NCBI GenBank assembly: GCA_964618625.1
Contig: CAZUBI010000001.1
Location: 396,901 to 460,900 of the forward strand
DNA: 64,000 nt
DNA from: an uncultured Candidatus Saccharibacteria bacterium
GTDB taxonomy: Bacteria > Patescibacteriota > Minisyncoccia > UBA6257
Direction of reading: 5' to 3'
A program made the translations under genes and the position numbers. The notes beneath the pieces are model-generated. The model was not told the origin of the DNA. It was given only the letters and a program-made list of their open reading frames with translations, and made no database searches. Shown here piece by piece: positions 49,477-58,426 of this stretch (its first letter is position 1; each line of letters begins with the position of its first letter).

Positions 49477-49659
49477 CTTTTAGAGTATTTGCTTTATTTA
49501 AGCCATTTTGATATAATTGAAATGGGTACATTCCAATATAACGTTCTTGAGCGATAGCGAAAAGGGTGTTATAATTGAGACATAAGGTAAAAGGTCGAAC
49601 CCTGTTTAGGCAGTATCTATTAGCCTAAAAAGGTAAAAAATATTATAAAAATTATTACA

Positions 49660-49932
49660 ATGACAAAAGAAGGTTTAACTGAGTCCATTGTTAACAAAGT
49701 TGGTTGTTCTAAAGCAGATGCAGGCAGGGCTTTAGACGCAATTCTTGAAGCAATTACTAAAAGTTTAACAAGTGGAGATTCTGTAACAATAACAGGTTTT
49801 GGTACTTTTAGCGCTAGAGCAAGAGCTGCCAGAGCTGGAGTAAATCCTAAGACCGGCGAGAAGATTCAGATTCCTGCTATGACAGTTCCAAAATTTAAAG
49901 CAGGAAAAGGCCTTAAAGAGGCTGTAAGATAA
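49660..49932 (+). CDS. hup: DNA-binding protein HU
   Basis: GFGTF, GVNPKTGE, PKFKAGK. Confidence 0.95.
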   Translation: MTKEGLTESIVNKVGCSKADAGRALDAILEAITKSLTSGDSVTITGFGTFSARARAARAGVNPKTGEKIQIPAMTVPKFKAGKGLKEAVR

Positions 49933-49950
49933 AAGAGATAGATTCCTTTT

Positions 49951-49982
49951 TAAAACCCCGACTAATTTAGTCGGGGTTTTAA
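49951..49982. terminator. Bidirectional intrinsic terminator
   Basis: TAAAACCCCGACTA-ATT-TAGTCGGGGTTTTA between convergent genes. Confidence 0.85.
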
Positions 49983-50003
49983 TAATTTGAGTTTTTTATC
50001 CTA

Positions 50004-50828
50004 TTAAGCTTTTTTTGGTTCCTTTTCTTTTAAATCTTTAAAAGATAATGAAATTTTGTCATCTTCTATACTAATAATTTTTGCTTCTTTTATTTCTCCT
50101 TCTTTTAAAATATCGTTAATCTTGGCAGCTGATTCATTAGGGATTTGCGATATATGAACAAGTCCATCGATTCCGCTATCCTCTAATTTTACAAAAGCGC
50201 CGAAATCTACAATTTTAGTAATTTTTACCTGTATTTTATCTCCAATATTATATTTATTTATAATATTTTTTATTTTATCTTTTTCTACCAATTTTTCAGA
50301 AAAGATTAATTTATTTGCAGCAGGGTCAAAGTCCAATATTTTAACTGGTATTTTTTCCCCGATTAAAAAATTTAGTTTTTCTAATATTTTATTCTTATTA
50401 CCTTCACCTACTTTTGGATAATGTTCTGTTGATAATTGGGAAGCAGGAAGGAATCCTTTAATGTTTTCTACTTTTCCCATTAAACCCCCGGCATTAGCTT
50501 CTGAGATTAACAAAGGAAATGTTGTTTCCTGTTTTTTCATTTCTTTTATTTTTTCCCATGCTTTTTCTTTTTCTAAATTTTGCAAAGCCATTTCTATTAG
50601 TCCATCTTCATTATTCCAATCAAGAATTTTTACTAAAACCTTAGTACCTATTTCCAATTTTTTGATATAATTTTTTGTTTCTATATAATTTACTCCTTGA
50701 ATAATACCTGTGCCATAAGGAGACAGGTCTATAAATAAAGATCTTTCTTTTTTTTCTAAAATAAATCCCTCAACAAAAGATCCAATTGAGGGCATAGAAA
50801 TTGAATTATTTTTTTTCTCAGAATACAT
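50004..50828 (-). CDS. rpsA: Short ribosomal protein S1-like protein (three S1 domains)
   Basis: ANAGGL, GFLPASQL, DFGAFV, GLVHISQI. Confidence 0.78.
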   Translation of the reverse strand: MYSEKKNNSISMPSIGSFVEGFILEKKERSLFIDLSPYGTGIIQGVNYIETKNYIKKLEIGTKVLVKILDWNNEDGLIEMALQNLEKEKAWEKIKEMKKQETTFPLLISEANAGGLMGKVENIKGFLPASQLSTEHYPKVGEGNKNKILEKLNFLIGEKIPVKILDFDPAANKLIFSEKLVEKDKIKNIINKYNIGDKIQVKITKIVDFGAFVKLEDSGIDGLVHISQIPNESAAKINDILKEGEIKEAKIISIEDDKISLSFKDLKEKEPKKA

Positions 50829-50878
50829 TGATTATTTTAATTTTTTAATCTGTTTTTTGATTCTTGTTTTTTTGTGTG

Positions 50879-50950
50879 TGCCTGGGCGGTGAATCGAACA
50901 CCGGACGCTTTGCTCTTCAAGCAAACGCTCTACCACTGAGCTACCCAGGC
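50879..50950 (-). tRNA. tRNA-Phe(GAA)
   Basis: TTTGC-TTGAAGA-GCAAA (G37). Confidence 0.93.
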
Positions 50951-51013
50951 TTAAACTCAGATTACCAGTTTAGCATAATAGATTTTTAAAGTAAATACGA
51001 TGAGAGGAATTAG

Positions 51014-51087
51014 TGGGCGTGTCCCGACTCGAACGGGAGGCCTTCTCGGTGTAAACGAGACGCTCTAACCAGCTGAGCTACACGCCC
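51014..51087 (-). tRNA. tRNA-Val(TAC)
   Basis: TCTCG-TTTACAC-CGAGA. Confidence 0.94.
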
Positions 51088-51135
51088 AAAATTTTTCGCC
51101 GCCAATCTGATAAATAAAATGATTTTTTTCATAGG

Positions 51136-52143
51136 TTATTTTCGACGATCAATCATCCCTTTGTTTGATTGCGCCGTTCCAATAAGCGTTATTGGTACTC
51201 CCAAATTGCTCTCAAGATTTTCAATATAGGTTTTGGCCTCTTGGCTTAAAGAATCCCAAGAATTTTTCCCTTCATCTTGTGGGTAAAGATAATTTAAGAA
51301 TTGAAGTGCAATTTGTGTTGGACGGTTCACTAAAATCGCCTTTTTAACAATTTCAATATCAAACTCGGCTACTCGTCTAATTTTTTTAGTAACTGTTGTT
51401 TTTTCTTCAACTTTCTTACCAATACGATTAGATAATTCTTCCCAGGTGATTTCATTTTTTAATGGTCCGGAATTTCCGGCGACTCTTATAGGATAGGTGC
51501 GTATAACAAGAATAATTTCGGTTGCAAGCCGTGGAGAAATTCCAGCTTCTGCTAAAAAGTTTGCGGCATTTGTATCACGAGAAGTAACGAACGGATAAAT
51601 GCCATGATAGATTGATAGTCCAAATCCTTGTGTGCCCTCAACGAGAACATTTTTACCCTCATCAACCCCCCGATTGAGAATTTCTGCTACATTGGCAATT
51701 TGAAAATCTTTCAAAATATCTTTTGCAAGCTTAAAATCTTTTCGCCAAATTCTGTCTACTAGCGCTGCACCGCAACCCTTTCCTGTGCTTCCGATTTTTT
51801 CAATAAGCTCACCTTCTTGTAAAGAATGCTTTTCTTCTATAATGCCAGCTTGTGGATCGATAAAAAGGCGTTCTTTTGTGTTGGTGCGTTCAACTTCTTT
51901 TCTTAGAATGTCGGGGTTTATAAGTGCGCCTGCTCCGATACAAAGAATGCATTTCTGATTTAAAAAAGTTGCTGGAATTTGTTGAAGCGGATATATTTCA
52001 TCGTCTTTTAAAACAGTATGCCCTGCGTTTGGTGCTCCAGTTCTTACGGCAATATCAAATTCATTAGCAAGGAATGAAATTACTTTGCCTTTTGCCTCCG
52101 AGCCGAATTGTCCACCGATAACAATTGTTATTTTGCCTTTCAT
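51136..52143 (-). CDS. Adenylosuccinate synthetase-family protein, short form with PurZ/PurZ0-like signatures
   Basis: GGQFGSEAKG (Ser in place of the PurA Asp of GDEGKG), PNAGH, GSTGKG, EGTQG, RTYPIRVAGNSG, TTVTKKIRRV, QFLNY. Family assignment is firm; substrate is inferred. Confidence 0.85.
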   Translation of the reverse strand: MKGKITIVIGGQFGSEAKGKVISFLANEFDIAVRTGAPNAGHTVLKDDEIYPLQQIPATFLNQKCILCIGAGALINPDILRKEVERTNTKERLFIDPQAGIIEEKHSLQEGELIEKIGSTGKGCGAALVDRIWRKDFKLAKDILKDFQIANVAEILNRGVDEGKNVLVEGTQGFGLSIYHGIYPFVTSRDTNAANFLAEAGISPRLATEIILVIRTYPIRVAGNSGPLKNEITWEELSNRIGKKVEEKTTVTKKIRRVAEFDIEIVKKAILVNRPTQIALQFLNYLYPQDEGKNSWDSLSQEAKTYIENLESNLGVPITLIGTAQSNKGMIDRRK

Positions 52144-52231
52144 AATAAATTATTCATTTTAACCACAAAGACTTTCGCAATTTTTTGCATAATTTTAAGC
52201 GATAGGCCAAGACAAGATATATCGCTTATAG

Positions 52232-52302
52232 TGGACCCAGTGGGAGTCGAACCCACGACGCCTCTATGCCATAGAGGTATTTTACCACTAGACTATGGGC
52301 CC
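52232..52302 (-). tRNA. tRNA-Ala(GGC)
   Basis: G3:U70 acceptor pair; loop ATGGCAT. Confidence 0.93.
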
Positions 52303-52428
52303 ATGCTGTATTTAGGAATCTTATCAGTTTTTTTATCAATTTTCAAGAAAAATCTGCATTTCTTTATTTATTTTAATAAATAAACATGGTATTATTAAAG
52401 ATATAAATTATTTTTGTTTATTATAATT

Positions 52429-53280
52429 ATGAAGCTAACACTAAAAGAGATGGAAGATTTGACGATAACTATTCGTCAAGAAATAATTAAAATGCTTTTA
52501 GAAGCAAAATCAGGTCATTGTGCAGGGCCTTTAGGCGCAGTGGAATTATATGTTGCTCTTTATTTTAGTGGGATTTTAAATTATGATCCTAAAAATCCAA
52601 ATTGGGAAAAAAGGGATAGGGTTGTTATTTCCAATGGACATTATGCGCCTTTACTTTATACAGTTTTAGCTCATGCTGGATATTTTCCTTTGGAAGAATT
52701 GAAAACTTTAAGAAAATTAGGGAGTAATCTTCAAGGTCATCCTCATCGTCTATTATTACCAGGAATTGAAACTTCTTCTGGTCCAGTAGGTGAAGGTCTT
52801 TCTCAGGCAGTTGGTATGGCTTTGGGGGCAAAAATGAATAAAAAGAAACTTCAAGTTTATTGTTTAATGGGAGATGGAGAGCAAGATTGCGGAAATACTT
52901 GGGAAGCAGTAATGACAGCAGGGAAATATCGTTTAGATAATTTAACAGCTATTATTGATAGAAATAATATTCAAATTGATGGGTTTACTGAAAATGTTAT
53001 GCCTTTAGAACCTTTAAAAGAAAAATATGAATCTTTTGGTTGGAAAGTTTTAGAAATAGATGGTCATAATATTCCAGAAATTATTAAAGCTGTTAATGCT
53101 TCAAAATCCGTTTTTGTTAAACCAGTCGTAATTATTGCTAATACTATTCCCGGAAAAGGAATAGATTTTATGCAATGGGAATATCAATGGCATGGAAAAA
53201 CGCCAAGTTCTAAAGAAACAGAAGAAGCCTTACGCCAATTAAGGAGTATGAACGGACAAATTGAATCAGAAATAGAATAA
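52429..53280 (+). CDS. tktA: Transketolase, N-terminal subunit
   Basis: SGH, DRVVISNGH, QGHP, GDGE..GN.WEA. Confidence 0.92.
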   Translation: MKLTLKEMEDLTITIRQEIIKMLLEAKSGHCAGPLGAVELYVALYFSGILNYDPKNPNWEKRDRVVISNGHYAPLLYTVLAHAGYFPLEELKTLRKLGSNLQGHPHRLLLPGIETSSGPVGEGLSQAVGMALGAKMNKKKLQVYCLMGDGEQDCGNTWEAVMTAGKYRLDNLTAIIDRNNIQIDGFTENVMPLEPLKEKYESFGWKVLEIDGHNIPEIIKAVNASKSVFVKPVVIIANTIPGKGIDFMQWEYQWHGKTPSSKETEEALRQLRSMNGQIESEIE

Positions 53281-53293
53281 TTAATTTTTAAAT

Positions 53294-54289
53294 ATGCTTA
53301 ATCCTGATATTAAATTTAATCCGAAAATCTTTACAGAGAAGATTAAACAAATTTCTATTCGCGATGGTTTTGGCGAAGGTTTGGTTATAGCTGGGGAAAT
53401 GGATGAAAGAGTAGTTGCTTTATGCGCTGATGTGACAGAATCTCTAAGAATGCATTTATTCAGAGGCCGTTTTCCAGAAAGATTTATTCAAGTAGGGATT
53501 GCTGAACAAAATATGGTTGGTATTGCTTCAGGTTTAGCAGCTTCAGGAAAGATTCCTGTGATTGGATCTTATGCTGTTTTTTCTCCTGGAAGAAATTGGG
53601 AGCAGATTAGAACAACTATTTGTTACAATCAACAAAAAGCTATTTTTATTGGCTCGCACGCTGGATTAAATGTAGGGCCTGATGGTGCTAGTCATCAGGC
53701 CTTGGAAGATATTGCTTTAATGAGGGTTTTACCCAATATGGCAGTTGTATGCCCTGCTGATGCCTTGGAAGCTCGTAAAGCTATCCTTTCAGCAATTGAG
53801 TACAAGGATTCAGTATATATCCGTTTGCCTCGGGAAAAATCACCAATTTTCACAACAGAAGAAACATCTTGGGAAATTGGAAAGTCTCAAGAACTTTGGA
53901 TTCCAAAACAAGGAGAACAGTTCTCCGGCATTACAATTTTTGCTTGTGGGTATTTAGTATATAAAACATTGGAAGCGGCTAAAGAATTAGAAAAAGAAGG
54001 CATATTAATAACTGTTATAAACAATTCTGCAATTAAACCATTAGATGAAAAAATGATATTAAAATGGGCTAAAAAATCCAAAGCCATAATTACTTTAGAA
54101 GAACATCAAGTAGCTGGAGGAATGGGATCAGCCATAGCAGAATTTTTAAGTGAAAATCATCCTTTGCCAATTAAATTTATGGGCATAAAAGATAGATTTG
54201 GACAAAGTGGGCAAACAGAAGAATTATTAACAAAATATAATCTTAATAAGGAAGCGATAAAAGAAAGAGTAAAAGAGCTTCTTAATTAA
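53294..54289 (+). CDS. tktB: Transketolase, C-terminal subunit
   Basis: GIAEQNM, GPDGASHQ, EEH...GGMGS. Confidence 0.92.
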   Translation: MLNPDIKFNPKIFTEKIKQISIRDGFGEGLVIAGEMDERVVALCADVTESLRMHLFRGRFPERFIQVGIAEQNMVGIASGLAASGKIPVIGSYAVFSPGRNWEQIRTTICYNQQKAIFIGSHAGLNVGPDGASHQALEDIALMRVLPNMAVVCPADALEARKAILSAIEYKDSVYIRLPREKSPIFTTEETSWEIGKSQELWIPKQGEQFSGITIFACGYLVYKTLEAAKELEKEGILITVINNSAIKPLDEKMILKWAKKSKAIITLEEHQVAGGMGSAIAEFLSENHPLPIKFMGIKDRFGQSGQTEELLTKYNLNKEAIKERVKELLN

Positions 54290-54302
54290 ATAGATATTTA
54301 TT

Positions 54303-55304
54303 ATGTTTGACGTAATTACAATTGGTTCTGCCACTCGTGATGGATTTTTTGAAGGGATTGATTTTTTATCTGTTGAAGGAAAATGTTTTGTGGCTAATAA
54401 GGGTATTTGTCTTCCTTTAGGAGCTAAATTAAGAATTCCAAAAGTTCATTTTCTTACTGGAGGGAGTGCTACAAATACTGCAGTTAGTTTTGCTCGGCAG
54501 GGATTAAAAACCGCAATTATTTGCCGTGTTGGTAATGATATTTCAGGAAAAACAATTATTGAAGAGCAAAAAGATGAAAAAATAGATATTCAATTTATTC
54601 AAAAAGATTATACTGTACCCACTGCTTATTCAGTTATCTTTTTAACTTCTTCAGGAGAAAGAACAATTCTTTCTTATAAAGGTTGTGCTGAGAATTTGAC
54701 TATTCAGGAAATCCCTTGGAAAAAGATAAAAACTCGTTGGTTATGTATTGGGTCTTTGGGAAAAGAAAAGAACATTTTAAAAAAGGTAATTGAATTTGCT
54801 GTTTCTAAAAATATTAAATTAGCAATTAATCCTGGTTGGTATGAATTGAATTGGTTAAAGAAACATCCAAAATGGTTAGAAAAATTTGAAATATTTATAT
54901 GTAATCAAGAAGAAGCAGCATATTTTACAGATATTCCATACACCAAAGAAAAGAAAATCTTTAAGAAGTTAGATGATTTTGTAAAAGGAATAGTCGTAAT
55001 GACAAAAGGTGAAAATGGTGTTAGTATTTCTAATGGAAAAACTCTATGGAAAGCAGGCGTTTTTAAGAAAAAAAAGACGATAGATACTACGGGTGCTGGT
55101 GATGCTTTTGCGTCTGCGTTTATATCAACATTTATTAAAAAAGAAAAAATAAATGAAAAGATAATAGAAGAGGCGATTCGTATAGGAAGCGCTAATGCTT
55201 GTTCAGTAGTAGAATATATTGGAACAAAACCCGGTATTCTTTATAAAAAAGATTTTAAGAAATCCCGTTTCCAGCATCTTAAAATAAAAAGAGTATTACT
55301 TTAA
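54303..55304 (+). CDS. PfkB family carbohydrate kinase
   Basis: GGSATN, CNQEEA, DTTGAGDAF. Confidence 0.9.
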   Translation: MFDVITIGSATRDGFFEGIDFLSVEGKCFVANKGICLPLGAKLRIPKVHFLTGGSATNTAVSFARQGLKTAIICRVGNDISGKTIIEEQKDEKIDIQFIQKDYTVPTAYSVIFLTSSGERTILSYKGCAENLTIQEIPWKKIKTRWLCIGSLGKEKNILKKVIEFAVSKNIKLAINPGWYELNWLKKHPKWLEKFEIFICNQEEAAYFTDIPYTKEKKIFKKLDDFVKGIVVMTKGENGVSISNGKTLWKAGVFKKKKTIDTTGAGDAFASAFISTFIKKEKINEKIIEEAIRIGSANACSVVEYIGTKPGILYKKDFKKSRFQHLKIKRVLL

Positions 55305-55314
55305 GAATAATAAA

Positions 55315-55382
55315 AAGGTTTAGAGATGTTGTTGAGAAAACTGTAGCGATTAGCGTGTTTTTGAAACAATATTTCAAACCTT
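55315..55382. repeat. Dispersed hairpin repeat family A, copy 3
   Basis: TTGTTGAGAAAACTGTAGCGATTAGCGTGTTTTTGAAACAAT closed by AAGGTTT/AAACCTT. Confidence 0.8.
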
Positions 55383-55401
55383 AAACTTTAAAATTAAAAT
55401 T

Positions 55402-56163
55402 ATGAATAGTAATTTCCTTCAGCCATTTTTATACAAAGACAGGGCTTTGTTTTTGTCTTATGATCATGGCTTTGAACATGGCCCAAAAGACTTAATAGGT
55501 GAAAGCATAGACCCAGAATATATTTTAGATTTAGCAGTAAAAGGAGACTACACAGGGATTATTTTACAAAAAGGAATTGCGGAAAAATATTATACAGGTA
55601 CTAAGTATGAGAGAACAGTCCCGCTGATTTTGAAAATTAATGGTAAGACTAATATTCCACAAACTACTGATCCTTATTCTTCAATTAATTGTTCAGTAGA
55701 TTATGCTAAGAAATTAGGGGCTAAAGCAGTGGGCTATACTATTTATTTAGGAAGTAAATATGAAGAGAAAATGTTTTCGGATTTTGGAAAGATTCAAGAA
55801 CAAGCTCATAAATTAAAAATGGCAGCAATTGCTTGGATATATCCTCGAGGTTCAGCAGTAGAAGATGAAACCTCTCCAGAAATGACAGCTTATGCTGCCA
55901 GAGTCGGGTTGGAATTAGGAGCTGATATGATAAAGATAAAATATTGTGGTTCTGAAGAAACATTTAGAAAAGCAGTGCAAGCAGCTGGAAAAACAAAAGT
56001 CATTTTGTCAGGAGGACCGAAAATAGAAGACGAGGAAATTCTAAAAATAATTAAATCTGTTATGAAAGCTGGAGCAACAGGAATAGCTGTAGGACGTAAT
56101 GTTTTTCAGCACCAAGATTCATTAGCTATGACTGAAAAAATAAAGAAAATTGTTTTTGATTAA
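55402..56163 (+). CDS. fbaB: Class I (DhnA-type) fructose-bisphosphate aldolase
   Basis: YDHGFEHGP, WIYPRG, ELGADMIKIKY, GRNVFQ. Confidence 0.88.
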   Translation: MNSNFLQPFLYKDRALFLSYDHGFEHGPKDLIGESIDPEYILDLAVKGDYTGIILQKGIAEKYYTGTKYERTVPLILKINGKTNIPQTTDPYSSINCSVDYAKKLGAKAVGYTIYLGSKYEEKMFSDFGKIQEQAHKLKMAAIAWIYPRGSAVEDETSPEMTAYAARVGLELGADMIKIKYCGSEETFRKAVQAAGKTKVILSGGPKIEDEEILKIIKSVMKAGATGIAVGRNVFQHQDSLAMTEKIKKIVFD

Positions 56164-56175
56164 AAAATCTTACTG

Positions 56176-56264
56176 GGAGGAGTACCGAAGTGGTCATAAC
56201 GGAGCCGTTTCGAAAACGGTTAGTCCTTTTTTAGGACACGTGGGTTCGAATCCCACCTCCTCCG
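56176..56264 (+). tRNA. tRNA-Ser(CGA)
   Basis: GCCGT-TTCGAAA-ACGGT, long variable arm, G73. Confidence 0.94.
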
Positions 56265-56297
56265 CATTTGAAGATCCGAGTGGTTCGAATCCTAGTT

Positions 56298-56342
56298 CCC
56301 CAGCAAATTAGAATAGCCAAAGAGGCGATTTTTTGGTAGAAT
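56298..56342 (+). repeat. 45-bp cassette leader (hairpin, T-run, extended -10), copy 1
   Basis: 43/45 identical to 58373-58417; ends in TGGTAGAAT. Confidence 0.85.
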
Positions 56343-56379
56343 ATCTAAAATATTTAAAAATATTAATTAATAAAAAAAT

Positions 56380-56850
56380 ATGGAAGAATTTAATAAAATT
56401 AATTATTCTCCAGAAAATTCCAGAGATGGAAATCCTCCTGTTGATAAAGATAAAATTGAACAGTTAGAAAAAGATAGAGAAGAGGAAATTAATAAAATAA
56501 TTGCTGATTTTTTGATTTCGCCAAGGAAATTTATCGAAAAGCCTAATAATGAAAATAAATTAGATAAAAAAGTAGCTATTAAACTTATTGAAGAGTATAG
56601 GGCATCTGCGCTTTTAAACTATATTGATAAATTTCAAGGCTTAGATAAAGAAGTAGCTCTTAATCTTATTGAAAGCGGTTGTGCATCTGCTATTCTTAAA
56701 AATTTTAATAAATTTCAAGGCTTAGATAAAGAAGTAGCTCTTAATCTTATTGAAAGTGGTGATGCAGATGCTGTTCTTGATAATATTGATAAATTCCAAG
56801 GACTAGATAAAGAATCAACTCTTAAGATGATTGAAGAAAGCGATAGCTAG
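56380..56850 (+). CDS. Hypothetical protein with 27-aa tandem repeats
   Basis: KFQGLDKEVALNLIESG repeated with an 81-nt period. Confidence 0.75.
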   Translation: MEEFNKINYSPENSRDGNPPVDKDKIEQLEKDREEEINKIIADFLISPRKFIEKPNNENKLDKKVAIKLIEEYRASALLNYIDKFQGLDKEVALNLIESGCASAILKNFNKFQGLDKEVALNLIESGDADAVLDNIDKFQGLDKESTLKMIEESDS

Positions 56851-56890
56851 TATAGCTAGTAATGAAGTGGAGTAAAGCTACATAGTTGCT

Positions 56891-56921
56891 AAAAAGGTTC
56901 CAACATCGTTCCATAGCCCCA
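56891..56921 (+). repeat. 31-bp cassette-end repeat, copy 1
   Basis: AAAAAGGTTCCAACATCGTTCCATAGCCCCA. Confidence 0.92.
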
Positions 56922-57052
56922 CGGATTTCGAAAATAAACAGTAAAATATATAAGCCAATTCTATAATAATAATTTTTAAGCTTTTATGTTAGAGTTAAAA
57001 TATTAGAAAGGTCGATTCCAAGTAGTAAATAAAATAATAAAAAAAACAAATT

Positions 57053-57886
57053 ATGTCAGAAGAATATACAAAAAGTGAAAGTAATTCTGTAGTTAAAATT
57101 ATTAAAGATGTAGTAATTGCTTTAATCGCAGTAATCTTAGTATTCGGTACTTTCGGAATGGTGGGAGCTGGACACAGAGGAGTTATGCTTAACTTCGGTG
57201 CAGTTCAAGATAAAGTTTTAGGTGAAGGATTCTATATTAAGATTCCTATCGCTCAGAAAGTAGTTAAGATAGATGTTAGAACAGTTAAAATGGAAGTTCA
57301 GGCACTCTCTTATTCAAGAGATATTCAGATAGTAGATAGCACAATAGCATTGAATTATCATCTATCTCCTAAGGCAGTTAATAAGCTTTATCAGGAAATA
57401 GGTTTGGACTTTGAGTCAAGAATTATAAGTCCAGCAATTCAAGAATCTGTTAAGGCAACAATAGCTAATTATACAGCCCAGGAATTAGTTGAAAAAAGAG
57501 GAGAAGTTAAGGATGGTATTAAAGTATTCTTAACAGAAAGATTATTAAGACAAGATATAATCGTTGATGAATTATCAATAGTTAACTTCGATTTCTCTGA
57601 TACATACGAAGCAGCTATCGAAGCTAAACAGGTAGCACAACAAGAAGTTCTAACAGCTAAGAACAAATTAGAACGAGTTAAATTTGAAGCAGAACAAAGA
57701 ATTGCTCAAGCTAAAGGTGAGGCAGAAGCTATTAAGATTCAAGTTGAAGCTATTACTCAGCAAGGTGGAAAAGATTATGTAAATCTTAAATGGGTTGAAG
57801 CTTGGGGTAGTGGCCTTGCACCAGTCCCTCAAACATTAATTGGAGAGGGAAGTGGAAGCTTTTTATTCAATTTGAATAGTAAATAG
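57053..57886 (+). CDS. SPFH/prohibitin family membrane protein
   Basis: TM helix, GHRGV..FG, EGFY.KIP, AIEAKQVAQQ, AKGEAEA. Confidence 0.9.
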   Translation: MSEEYTKSESNSVVKIIKDVVIALIAVILVFGTFGMVGAGHRGVMLNFGAVQDKVLGEGFYIKIPIAQKVVKIDVRTVKMEVQALSYSRDIQIVDSTIALNYHLSPKAVNKLYQEIGLDFESRIISPAIQESVKATIANYTAQELVEKRGEVKDGIKVFLTERLLRQDIIVDELSIVNFDFSDTYEAAIEAKQVAQQEVLTAKNKLERVKFEAEQRIAQAKGEAEAIKIQVEAITQQGGKDYVNLKWVEAWGSGLAPVPQTLIGEGSGSFLFNLNSK

Positions 57887-57979
57887 TATAGGTGATTAAG
57901 TCCCACCGTTTTAAATATTTAAATGGTCGATAGTTTAATTAAATTAATGCTATGAAAAATCAATTTTAATTATAAAAAT

Positions 57980-58276
57980 ATGTTAAAATTCAAAAACGCA
58001 AAAAAATTTAATAGGACTAGTATAAAAAAGTTACCAGAAGAAAAACCAATTATTTATAAACTTTTAAATAATACTAGAAAAGAATTGTATGTTGGCGTGG
58101 CAAAAAGGAATAGAGTTCAAGAGCGTTTATTGGAGCATTTAACCTTGAAGGAAGAAAAGATTCCAGGTGTGGTAAAAGTTAAATTTGTACAGTTCTCAAG
58201 TATAGAGAAAGCAAAAAAGGCAGAAAAGCAATTAATAAAAAAGATACAACCAAAATTCAACGAACAAAATAAATAG
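57980..58276 (+). CDS. Small GIY-YIG nuclease-family protein
   Basis: IIYKL...ELYVG, RL.EH, E..LIKKIQPKFN (UvrC N-terminal-like). Confidence 0.8.
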   Translation: MLKFKNAKKFNRTSIKKLPEEKPIIYKLLNNTRKELYVGVAKRNRVQERLLEHLTLKEEKIPGVVKVKFVQFSSIEKAKKAEKQLIKKIQPKFNEQNK

Positions 58277-58346
58277 TTAGAAACTTAGGAGGGTATAATT
58301 AAGCTAAAAAACGCTTCATATCTAGCATCATACGTTTTTTAAAGCC

Positions 58347-58417
58347 AAAAAGGTTCCAACATCGTTCCATAGCCCCAGCAAATTAGAATCGCCAAAAAGG
58401 CGATTTTTTGGTAGAAT
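58347..58417 (+). repeat. 31-bp cassette-end repeat copy 2, overlapping 45-bp leader copy 2
   Basis: 31-mer at 58347-58377 and leader at 58373-58417 share CCCCA. Confidence 0.92.
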
Positions 58418-58426
58418 TATTAAAAG

